Positions 1-11,225 of a stretch of 64,000 bases of DNA are shown piece after piece. Made by a program: the position numbers and the translations under genes. Numbering within the stretch: the first letter of the stretch is position 1; each line of letters starts with the position of its first letter. Under the pieces are notes generated by a model, which worked only from the letters and a program-made list of their open reading frames with translations, ran no database searches and was not told where the DNA came from. Where the stretch lies: assembly GCA_016716465.1 (NCBI GenBank), contig JADJWH010000006.1, forward strand, positions 118,701 through 182,700. The letters are read 5' to 3'. This stretch comes from Gammaproteobacteria bacterium (GTDB lineage Bacteria > Pseudomonadota > Gammaproteobacteria > SZUA-140).

Positions 1-147
1 GCCACCCACATGCTCGCCTTCGAGGGCGACAGCCACGTCGAATGGTTCCAGGGCAACTACGCGGATTACGAGGCCGACCGGCACAAACGCCTGGGCACGG
101 ATGCCGACGCCCCGCATCGCCTGAAGTACAAGAAGCTGACGAAATAA
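1..147 (+). CDS. ettA: Energy-dependent translational throttle protein EttA, C-terminal fragment (5' end outside window)
   Basis: Frame 1 reads ATHMLAFEGDSHVEWFQGNYADYEADRHKRLG...PHRLKYKKLTK*, matching the EttA/YjjK C-terminus. Confidence 0.85.
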   Translation, partial: ATHMLAFEGDSHVEWFQGNYADYEADRHKRLGTDADAPHRLKYKKLTK

Positions 148-164
148 ACCCGCAAGATCCACAA

Positions 165-466
165 GGGGACAGATTTATACATCTGTCCCCGTCGACATAG
201 ATCCGCCCCTCTGCTTCAGAACCGCCCGTAGCCCGGATGGAGCGCCAGCGGAATCCAGAAATCATCCCGGTCGGCACACAACGCCTCCACGGGCCCGCTG
301 AGGGGGCGGGACAGATTAATAAATCTGTCCCCATCGACGTACATCCGTCCCCGTCGACACGCCGAAGCCCGAACGAAAACCGCCCAGGAGGACCCGTGCT
401 GCGGGGGCAGGGTACGCCGGGGACAGATTTATAAATCCGTCCCCGTCGACATAGATCCGCCCTCTG
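165..466. repeat. Cluster of three GGGGACAG(A/T-rich loop)CTGTCCCC palindromes with tandem half-units
   Basis: Palindromes at 165-190, 308-332 and 419-444. Units 165-213 and 419-466 are near-identical direct repeats of about 48 bp. Confidence 0.9.
228..258 (+). repeat. GTAG-type REP element
   Basis: gtagcccggatggagcgccagcggaatccag; the same family recurs at 6704, 12443, 12492, 22674, 39114, 39158, 40164, 59663 and 59717. Confidence 0.8.
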
Positions 467-526
467 TACCGCGGGGGCTCAGCGGCGGATCCCCGGTTCG
501 GCACGCCTCCTCGGGCCATCGAGGCC

Positions 527-901
527 TCACGCGGCCCGCTTGCGGAACGGCTCGTGATGCGCGGCGGTCAGGCTGTGGTCATAGTCCGAATCCGGCACCA
601 GCTTGTCCCCCGAGACCAGCGCATCCACCTCGAAGGGAAATGTGCCGCAGGCGTTGCGTCCGCCTTCCAGGCTGCACGTCCTCGCATCGAGCGCGGCATA
701 GAAGGGATCCCATCCCAGCATGCTCGTCATCAGCGGATAGACGGAGATCAGCATCGCGTAGGGTTCCCAGGTCAGCACGGCATTGTTGAACATGCTGACG
801 ATACCGCCCGCCAGCAGCGCCGTGCCGATGAACACGCGCAACATCCTGTCCATCAGACCGATGTTATGCACAACGAACAATCTTGAACGGATACGTTCCA
901 T
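527..901 (-). CDS. DUF2892 (YgaP-like) membrane protein
   Basis: HNIGLMDRMLRVFIG motif followed by two hydrophobic segments. Start moved to ATG 901 because GGAGG lies just upstream. Confidence 0.75.
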   Translation of the reverse strand: MERIRSRLFVVHNIGLMDRMLRVFIGTALLAGGIVSMFNNAVLTWEPYAMLISVYPLMTSMLGWDPFYAALDARTCSLEGGRNACGTFPFEVDALVSGDKLVPDSDYDHSLTAAHHEPFRKRAA

Positions 902-987
902 GACGCCTACCTCCCGTCGATCAGGAGCGACATTGGTGACAGACGCCGATATTCCGCCAGAATTTCCCGGCGAGGACAGTGACAACG

Positions 988-1665
988 TCACACTGGCCGG
1001 TCGACCAACCCCCGGAGCGCCGTCGCGTCCACGACCTCGATCCAGCCCCGGTGCAGGCGCACCCAGCCCGTGTGCTCGAAATGCTTCAGCGCCCGGCTGA
1101 CGACCTCCCGCGCGGTCCCCAGCTCGTGCGCGATCTCCTGATGCGTGGCCTCGATCCGTCCGTCCACGCCGGGATACGCCAGCAGATACCGGGCGAGACG
1201 CTGGTCGATGTGCCCGAACGCGACCGCCTCCACCAGCGCGATCAGGTCACCGACGCCCTTGTCGAGCGAGGAATGGACGAAGTCACGGAAGGCCGGCGAT
1301 GCGTTCACCGCCGACTGGAACTCCTCCCTGGGGATCAACACGACATGGACCGGCGTGGCGGCCACCGCGTCCGCTGCGTAGCGCTTTCCGCCGAGCATGC
1401 AGACAGTGGTCAGCTCACAGGTGCCGCCGGCATCGATATGATAGAGCACGATCTCATGCCCGTCCGGCGTAGTCTTGCGCACCCGCACCGAACCCTCGAC
1501 GACCAGCAGGTAATACTGGCAGGCCTCGCCGTCGCGGAACACCTGCGCGCCCGCCGGGAGATGCAGGTGCCGGACGGAACGCAGCACCCGCCTCCACGCC
1601 GGATCGCCGATCGCACCGAGCGCGGCATAAACCTTCAGCCAGTCATCCGAACGCGAGCCCGCCAC
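988..1665 (-). CDS. Crp/Fnr family transcriptional regulator
   Basis: cNMP-binding-like region (VFRDGEAC...GSVRV...EIVLYHI) and C-terminal HTH THQEIAHELGTAREVVSRALK. Confidence 0.9.
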   Translation of the reverse strand: MAGSRSDDWLKVYAALGAIGDPAWRRVLRSVRHLHLPAGAQVFRDGEACQYYLLVVEGSVRVRKTTPDGHEIVLYHIDAGGTCELTTVCMLGGKRYAADAVAATPVHVVLIPREEFQSAVNASPAFRDFVHSSLDKGVGDLIALVEAVAFGHIDQRLARYLLAYPGVDGRIEATHQEIAHELGTAREVVSRALKHFEHTGWVRLHRGWIEVVDATALRGLVDRPV

Positions 1666-1726
1666 AGCGCCACCCCGCCCGCGCGCCAGCGGTCACCCGC
1701 CGCTGCGCCATGACCGAACACCGGCC

Positions 1727-1742
1727 TGTGATTATAATCCAA
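1727..1742. promoter_or_regulatory. CRP-like box overlapping a minus-strand TATAAT upstream of the Crp/Fnr gene
   Basis: TGTGA-ttataa-TCCAA against consensus TGTGA-N6-TCACA; 1731-1736 reads TATAAT on the minus strand. Confidence 0.4.
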
Positions 1743-1798
1743 ACGAACTAGACGACCGCAGACAATGCATCCAACGGCTGCGGCAGCACCTACCGCAA

Positions 1799-1824
1799 GG
1801 GGACAGATTCCATAATCTGTCCCC
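1799..1824. repeat. GGGGACAG palindrome
   Basis: ggggacagatt-ccat-aatctgtcccc, at the left edge of the AT-richer island. Confidence 0.9.
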
Positions 1825-1909
1825 GCTGCTCGGATTACTACGACTCCCTCCAGTTTAATTTGCCGCATATACATTAATTCCATCCGGCTATCAGGCGGGG
1901 TTGGCCGCC

Positions 1910-1966
1910 AGCCTGAGCAAGGCGAACGACAGAGAGTTACGGCGCTATGAAGAAGCGAAAACCTGA
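1910..1966 (+). pseudogene. C-terminal remnant of a BrnT toxin
   Basis: Reads SLSKANDRELRRYEEAKT*, resembling the BrnT tail IS(L/A)RKANxRExxxY. It overlaps the downstream brnA start as in intact operons, and the 5' part is missing. Confidence 0.55.
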
Positions 1967-2258
1967 CCCTGAATTGATCGATGAAGAAAACCCGGGATGG
2001 ACCGCGGCGGACTTCAAGCGCGCGCACCCGGCTCGTGAGGTGTTACCAAAAATGGTCGGCAAGAAAACAGCGAAACGCCTACTGAAACCTCGGGGCTGAC
2101 CGGAATCACCGGATGCGAAGGTCTCGATCAGCCTGCGGACTCCACTCCAGACCTTGGCACGCCGGAAGGCCAGTGGCCCAGATTGGCAGACGCGCATGGC
2201 GGAAGCGTTAACGGAGATGTCGCCGAATTCGCGCAAACGCGCAAGCCCTAGAAATTAA
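1947..2258 (+). pseudogene. BrnA antitoxin with in-frame nonsense codon
   Basis: MKKRKPDPELIDEENPGWTAADFKRAHPAREVLP...RG*PESPDAKVSISLR...GPDWQTRMAEAL. TGA at 2097-2099 falls where the family RGRP motif needs an Arg, consistent with CGA>TGA. Confidence 0.8.
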
Positions 2259-2318
2259 TAGCAGAGGGATCTGCATACTTCACGCATAGTGTGCGGGGAA
2301 ACTCTCGCGAAAACCGTG

Positions 2319-2337
2319 GTCTGCCCCCCTATTATTC
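2319..2337 (+). repeat. GTCTGYCCYCTATTATTC end motif
   Basis: gtctgcccccctattattc; a near-identical inverted copy lies at 40845-40862 and a related variant at 2416-2431. Confidence 0.6.
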
Positions 2338-2435
2338 GGTACTGATCAAGCACGCGCTGGGTGTGATCGCTCGCGTACGCAGGACAGAGGAACAAAAGGG
2401 CCAGTATTAAAGGGCACTAACCCCTTATTTCGGCG

Positions 2436-3521
2436 TTATTTCTTTTTTCGCTTGGCCCTAATATTTTTTCTTTTGACTAACCTCACGCCTCGCTTAGCCT
2501 GCTTACCAACCAAGAGCTTGTCACAACCGCTCTCAACTAAACGAATGAAATCACGCGCATCAGAAAAATAGTTCTTAAATGCCAACCTTACTTCATCGCT
2601 TTTATCCGCCCGCACCAGAACGACATCTCTATCAGGATATTGTTCCTCCAACTCAAATAACGCTTGCAAAGCGACTGTGGCATCACGATAAGTTTGAACT
2701 TCTAAATCTCCTGTACTGGAAAATATGAGGATAGCGTTCCTATTTTCAGTAACAGCCTTATCTGCGGCATTTAATCCACGCAAAGTACGTAAAAGTCCAA
2801 TTTCACGATCCAAATTTTGAAAGTTCCGCACCAATTGACGATCTTTAACATTAGGAAATGGGCCCTTTGATCCCTCAGATGCTCGCGCAAGAATCTCGCT
2901 TGCTAACGCCATTGCATTCTCATAGCGCTTATCTCCTTCTTGGAATTTTGGCTGACTCTCAGTGACAAACCCTATTAATTCAACCGCAGTTGCCCACGCA
3001 TGCTGCACCAGTGTGCGATATTGAATTTCAACATATAGGCCAGCCAACGCCTTACCCATTTCAGATCGAACATCATATTCATACACATCATGGATTCCAC
3101 GATATCCCGTCACTTTGGGCTTCTTTATATAATCATACTTATCTAGTTCATTGCGTCGTCTATGATTAAAGCGAGCCCTATGGAACTCACTCCGAAATGC
3201 ATATAGCTGCTGTATATTTTTAAAAATCAACCTACAACCAGCCACATCATCCATGCGCGACAATTGCATTTGAGGCAGGCGCCGCAATTTATCAAAAATT
3301 GTTCGCTTTCTCTTGTGGCGCTGCGCAACTGTTATGCCAGTTTGCCGAGTCCGATTTCTCAAGACCGCTTGAAAAGTATTAAGGACAGCACGATGCGCAG
3401 CGCGCCACTCCTCAATTACGGAAAGATCCTCCGCGGTTGGAGTTCCTATACGTATATTCTCACCGGCACGATTTACGCGCGACTTTGAACCACCAGGATA
3501 CGTTTTCGCTAGACTAGCCAT
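2436..3521 (-). CDS. RelA/SpoT-domain protein, fused CapRel-like toxin-antitoxin (putative anti-phage)
   Basis: Synthetase motifs WRAAH, QRHKR...DKL, MDDVAGCR, GYRGIH, EIQYRT..QHAWATAVE, with no HD hydrolase domain. C-terminal DVVLV...AFKNYFSD region as in CapRel. AT-rich. Confidence 0.8.
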   Translation of the reverse strand: MASLAKTYPGGSKSRVNRAGENIRIGTPTAEDLSVIEEWRAAHRAVLNTFQAVLRNRTRQTGITVAQRHKRKRTIFDKLRRLPQMQLSRMDDVAGCRLIFKNIQQLYAFRSEFHRARFNHRRRNELDKYDYIKKPKVTGYRGIHDVYEYDVRSEMGKALAGLYVEIQYRTLVQHAWATAVELIGFVTESQPKFQEGDKRYENAMALASEILARASEGSKGPFPNVKDRQLVRNFQNLDREIGLLRTLRGLNAADKAVTENRNAILIFSSTGDLEVQTYRDATVALQALFELEEQYPDRDVVLVRADKSDEVRLAFKNYFSDARDFIRLVESGCDKLLVGKQAKRGVRLVKRKNIRAKRKKK

Positions 3522-3624
3522 AATTTATTTACTTTAACACCAGTCTGAGGATAACTAGTCAATTGAGCACAACAAATAGGTCACCACCCTTTTTTCGAGG
3601 GTATCTTAAATACCATCAACATTC

Positions 3625-4116
3625 TTAGCATTTTATAATATTGCACTCCAACATAATCGCATCCTCCCGCCCGCCCTTGGCCGGGTAATAATCCTTCCGC
3701 ATCCCTATACGCTTGAATCCCAACTGCTCGTACAGCGCGATGCCCGCCGCGTTCGACGGGCGCACTTCGAGCAGCAGGGTCGTTGCGCCGGCGGCGCGGG
3801 CGTCTTCGATCAGGTGATTGAGCAGCGCGCGGCCGAGGCCGCGGCGGCGCTGGTGGGGGTCGACGCAGAGGTTGAGTATGTGTGCCTCGCCGACGGCGGC
3901 GGTCATGACGCCGTAGCCGGCGATCATGCCGTCCTGCAGAACGACATGGCAGCGGTAGCCGACGGCGAGGCAGTCGCGGAAGATGCCGTCGGTCCAGGGG
4001 AAGTCGTAGGCGCGGCGCTCGATGTCCATGACGACCGGGACGTCGATCGCGCGCATCGGGCGGAAGCGGAGAGACGGCGCGGGTAACGGGGGTTCGTCGA
4101 TGCGCGCCGAGGCCAT
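3625..4116 (-). CDS. rimI: Ribosomal protein S18 alanine N-acetyltransferase
   Basis: FPWT..F, EAHILNLCV, LLEVRPSN, RKDYYP...REDA motifs. Confidence 0.92.
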   Translation of the reverse strand: MASARIDEPPLPAPSLRFRPMRAIDVPVVMDIERRAYDFPWTDGIFRDCLAVGYRCHVVLQDGMIAGYGVMTAAVGEAHILNLCVDPHQRRRGLGRALLNHLIEDARAAGATTLLLEVRPSNAAGIALYEQLGFKRIGMRKDYYPAKGGREDAIMLECNIIKC

Positions 4117-4126
4117 GTCGCCCGCC

Positions 4127-4858
4127 TCAGCCCGCGGCCGCGCCGAGGGTGCGGGCGGCGAGTTGCAGGTCGTCCCAGGTCTTGCGTTTCTCCAGCGGCG
4201 AGCGCAACAGGTAGGCGGGATGGTAGGTGACGATCAGCGGGACACCGGTATCGGCGTAGCGATGCACGCGGCCGCGCAGCGCGCCGATGCGGGTGTCGGT
4301 CTTGAGCAGGTTCTGCGCGGCGATGCGGCCGACGGCGAGGATGATCCGCGGCCGGATCAGCGCGACCTGCCGCTTCAGGTACGGCTCGCAGCAGGCCACC
4401 TCGTCCGGACTCGGGTCGCGGTTATTCGGCGGGCGGCACTTCAGCACGTTGGCGATGTAGACCGCTTCGCGCGCGAGCCCGAGCGCCCACAGCATCTCGT
4501 TCAGCAGCTGGCCGGCGCGGCCGACGAAGGGCTCGCCCTGGCGGTCTTCGTCCGCGCCGGGGGCCTCGCCGACCACCATCCACGTCGCCTGGCGGTTACC
4601 GACGCCGAACACCGTCTGCGTGCGCGTCTTTTCCAGCCCGCACAGCGTGCAGCCCTTAACACGCGCCTGCAGCGCGTCCCAGTCGAGGCGCGCGACGTCG
4701 CCGCCCGCCACATCTGTTGCAGGCGCAGCCTGCATAACGACGGGCGCTGGCGCCGCCGCGGGTTCCGGTCGCGCGGCGGGCGCGGGGTCCGCCCCGCGTT
4801 CCGCCCAGGCCTGGATGCCCATGGCCTCCAGGTACCGCAGTCGGCGCGTCTCGCTCAT
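4127..4858 (-). CDS. Family-4 (Fe-S) uracil-DNA glycosylase with a HolD-like N-terminal peptide
   Basis: CTLC, VGEAPG, PFVG, NVLKCRPPNNR and TYHPAYLLR motifs. Confidence 0.9.
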   Translation of the reverse strand: MSETRRLRYLEAMGIQAWAERGADPAPAARPEPAAAPAPVVMQAAPATDVAGGDVARLDWDALQARVKGCTLCGLEKTRTQTVFGVGNRQATWMVVGEAPGADEDRQGEPFVGRAGQLLNEMLWALGLAREAVYIANVLKCRPPNNRDPSPDEVACCEPYLKRQVALIRPRIILAVGRIAAQNLLKTDTRIGALRGRVHRYADTGVPLIVTYHPAYLLRSPLEKRKTWDDLQLAARTLGAAAG

Positions 4859-4870
4859 CGGCTCACCGCG

Positions 4871-6418
<1,548 letters not shown>

Positions 6419-6538
6419 TGGGGTGTGCTCCTGAAGTTTGCGCTCAGTTTACCCCACCCACCGGCGCGGACAAATCGGCGCCGCACCGGGGTCGGGGCGT
6501 GGAAACAACGAATTGGGGGAAACGGGTCGGTGGCTGCC

Positions 6539-6652
6539 TTACGGCAGCAGCAGTCGCAGGGACAGCAGGGAAGCACGGGCAAACGGGACACCGGCGCGCA
6601 CGGCGGAGGCCGCGCGGGGGGAGATCGAACCGGATGTCATTACATTACCCAT
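6539..6652 (-). CDS. Putative leucine-responsive leader peptide (37 aa; alternative start 6640)
   Basis: MGNVMTSGSISPRAASAVRAGVPFARASLLSLRLLLP*, with 6 of the last 9 codons being Leu (CTG); stop lies about 120 nt upstream of leuA. Confidence 0.65.
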   Translation of the reverse strand: MGNVMTSGSISPRAASAVRAGVPFARASLLSLRLLLP

Positions 6653-6659
6653 GGGCTCA

Positions 6660-6688
6660 ACTATAGTCGAAGTCTTTGAGGATGCCAA
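6660..6688 (-). promoter_or_regulatory. Sigma70-like promoter for leader-leuA
   Basis: Minus strand TTGGCA-17 nt-TATAGT, then 7 nt to the ATG at 6652. Confidence 0.65.
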
Positions 6689-6703
6689 GCCGGGGGTAGA
6701 TCC

Positions 6704-6747
6704 CCGGATTCCACTGCGTTCCATCCGGGCTACATTATCCGGGCTAC
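6704..6747 (-). repeat. GTAG-type REP plus duplicated end
   Basis: ccggattccactgcgttccatccgggctac followed by a second atccgggctac. Confidence 0.8.
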
Positions 6748-6779
6748 AGGTATGCCATCGGCCGGAAGGCGCGCGGGCT

Positions 6780-7586
6780 TTACCGCGAGGAGTGATGGTC
6801 GTCCTTGGCGGGTTCCTCGCCCGGCTCCCGCGGGGGCTGGGACGGCGCGGGCAGTGGCGGCGGGCGCCGGTAACGCAATACCAGCCAGGCCACCGGACCG
6901 GACAGCGCGTAGACCAGCGCGATACTGAACAGTACCACCGGCGGATCGATGGAGATGAAGACGAAGACCAGCACCATAACCAGCATCGCGACGAAGGGGA
7001 TCTTGCCGCGCAGATCGAGGTCCTTGAAGCTCTTGAAGCGGACGTTGCTGACCATCAGCAGGCCGGTCAGCACGGTGAGCGGAAAGGTCAGCAGCGGGAT
7101 GTCCTCGCCGGGCATTCCGTAGTCCGCGCCCACCCAGACCAGGCCGGCGATCAGGGCCGCGGCGGACGGCGACGGCAGCCCGATGAAATAGCGCTTGTCG
7201 ACGACGCCGACCTGGATGTTGAAACGGGCCAGGCGCAGCGCGGCGGCGGCGGCGTAGATGAAGGCGGCCGTCCAGCCGAGCTTGCCCAGGCTGGCGAGCG
7301 ACCATTCGTACATCACCAGCGCGGGCGCGAGGCCGAAGGCGATCATGTCCGAGAGGCTGTCGTACTGGGCGCCGAAGTCGCTCTGGGTGTTGGTCAGGCG
7401 GGCGATGCGGCCGTCCATGCCGTCGAGGATCATCGCGATGAAGATCGCGATGGCGGCGGTATCGAAGTTTCCGCGCGAGGCGGCGACGATGGCGTAAAAA
7501 CCGGCGAACAGCGCCGCCGTGGTAAACAGGTTCGGCAGCAGGTAGATGCCGCGATGGCGCCGGGTTTCCGTGGTCTCGTCGTGCAT
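6780..7586 (-). CDS. pssA: CDP-diacylglycerol--serine O-phosphatidyltransferase
   Basis: LPNLFTT, DGMDGRIAR...SDFGAQYDSLSD, RLARFN. Confidence 0.95.
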   Translation of the reverse strand: MHDETTETRRHRGIYLLPNLFTTAALFAGFYAIVAASRGNFDTAAIAIFIAMILDGMDGRIARLTNTQSDFGAQYDSLSDMIAFGLAPALVMYEWSLASLGKLGWTAAFIYAAAAALRLARFNIQVGVVDKRYFIGLPSPSAAALIAGLVWVGADYGMPGEDIPLLTFPLTVLTGLLMVSNVRFKSFKDLDLRGKIPFVAMLVMVLVFVFISIDPPVVLFSIALVYALSGPVAWLVLRYRRPPPLPAPSQPPREPGEEPAKDDHHSSR

Positions 7587-7682
7587 GCCGCTAACCGGGG
7601 GAAGTGAGGGCTATTATAAGGAAACGGGGTTGCCCTTCAAGCAAGGGCAACCCCGCGGGCTCGACGCGCCGAAGGAGAGGGC

Positions 7683-9275
<1,593 letters not shown>

Positions 9276-9279
<4 letters not shown>

Positions 9280-10991
9280 AGGTCCTCCGAACCGAGCAGC
9301 ATCTCGGTCAGCCCCTTGCCGGCCTTCACCATCGGCCATACGTTCTCGGTCTGGTCGGTGATGACGTCGAGGAACACCAGCCGGTCCTTGAGCTTGAAGG
9401 CCTCGCGCAGCGCGCCCTCGACGTCGCCCGGCTTGTCGATGCGCATGCCGACGTGGCCGTAGGCCTCGGCCAGCTGCATGAAATCCGGCAGCGCATCCAT
9501 GTACGACTCCGAATAGCGGCTCGAATAGTCGATCTGCTGCCACTGCCGCACCATGCCGAGGTAGCGGTTGTTGAGATTCACGATCTTGATCGGCAGCCGG
9601 TACTGGCGGCAGGTCGACAGCTCCTGGATGCACATCTGGATGCTGCCCTCGCCCGTCACGCAGGCCACGTCGGCGCCGGGATTGGCGAGCTGCACGCCCA
9701 TCGCCGCCGGCAGGCCGAAGCCCATCGTGCCGAGGCCGCCGGAGTTGATCCAGCGCCGCGGCTTGTCGAACTTGTAGTACTGGGCGGCCCACATCTGGTG
9801 CTGCCCCACGTCCGAGGTGATGAAGGCATCGCCGCCCGTCACCTTCCACAGCGCCTCGATCACGGCCTGCGGCTTGATGCTCTGGCTCGAACGGTCGTAC
9901 TTGAGGCAGTTGCGCCCGCGCCACTCATCGATCTGTTTCCACCAGTCCTTGAGGGCCGCCGCGTCCGGCGCCTCGCGGCCCGCGCGCAGCTGCTCGCCCA
10001 GATCGGCCAGCACCTCGCGCACGTCACCGACGATCGGGATGTCCACCTTCACGCGCTTGGCGATCGACGACGGATCGATGTCGATATGGATGATGGTGCG
10101 CGGCTGCTGGAAGAAGTGCTTGGGGTTGCCGATCACGCGGTCGTCGAAGCGGGCGCCCACCGCCAGCAGCACGTCGCAGTGCTGCATCGCCATGTTGGCC
10201 TCGTAGGTGCCGTGCATGCCCAGCATGCCGACGAACTGCGGGTCGGTGCCCGGATAGCCGCCCAGGCCCATCAGGGTATTGGTGCAGGGAAAGCCGAGGG
10301 CGCGCACCAGCGCGGTGAGCTGCTCGGAGGCGTTGCCGAGCACCACGCCGCCGCCGGCATACACCATCGGGCGCCTGGCCTTGAGCAGGGTCTGCAGCGC
10401 CCTCTTGATCTGGCCGACATGCCCCTTGACCACCGGGTTGTAGGAGCGGATGGTCACCGACTTCGGGTAGTCGAACACCGCCTTGTGCGACGGCGCGGTG
10501 ATGTCCTTGGGGATGTCCACCACCACCGGCCCCGGCCGCCCGCTGGCGGCGAGGTAGAAGGCCTTCTTGATGGTGACGGCGATATCCTTCACGTCCTTGA
10601 CCAGGAAGTTGTGCTTCACGCAGGGTCGGGTGATGCCCACGGTGTCGCATTCCTGGAAGGCGTCCTCGCCGATGGCGTAGGTCGGCACCTGGCCTGAGAT
10701 GACCACGAGCGGGATGGAATCCATATACGCGGTGGCGATGCCGGTCACGGCGTTGGTGACACCCGGACCCGAGGTGACCAGCGCCACGCCGGTCTTCCGG
10801 GTCGAACGCGAATAGCCGTCGGCGGCATGCACCGCGCCCTGCTCGTGGCGGACCAGGACGTGCTTGACCTTGTCCTGCTTGAACAGCTCGTCGTAAAGGT
10901 GCAGCACCGCCCCGCCGGGGTAGCCGAACAGATATTCGACGCCCTCTTCCTGCAGGCAACGCACCACGATCTCCGCACCCGTGAGTTCCAC
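9276..10991 (-). CDS. ilvB: Acetolactate synthase large subunit
   Basis: [34 protein letters not shown]...NN TPP motif; GTG start at 10991 inferred. Confidence 0.96.
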
Positions 10992-11225
10992 GCTCTCGAC
11001 CTTCTCGTTCGTATTGTCTGTGTGCTGTATCCCGGACCCGGCCGCGAAGCGGACGGGCGTCCTCGGAAAATTATCCATTGTAATGAGATCGCCCGCTGAA
11101 AGATAGGGAAGCGCCTTGAATCGCGTAGGGATTCGGCGAAATCCCGGGCGCGCGACGGGGTATTCCCCGGCGCCGCCGACGCGCTAGACTGCCCCTTCAT
11201 CCCGCGGACCCGAGGAGAAAACGCA

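Noticed and set aside
165-466. CRISPR array
   Set aside because: Only three units with irregular spacing (143 and 111 bp). The same palindrome is dispersed singly across the window, and no cas genes are present.
2097-2099. Selenocysteine or programmed readthrough at the brnA TGA
   Set aside because: The position corresponds to Arg in the RGRP motif, so a CGA>TGA mutation is the simpler explanation. The cognate toxin is also truncated.
10992-11225. Attenuator leader upstream of ilvB
   Set aside because: I found no short ORF with Ile/Leu/Val codon runs and no terminator.
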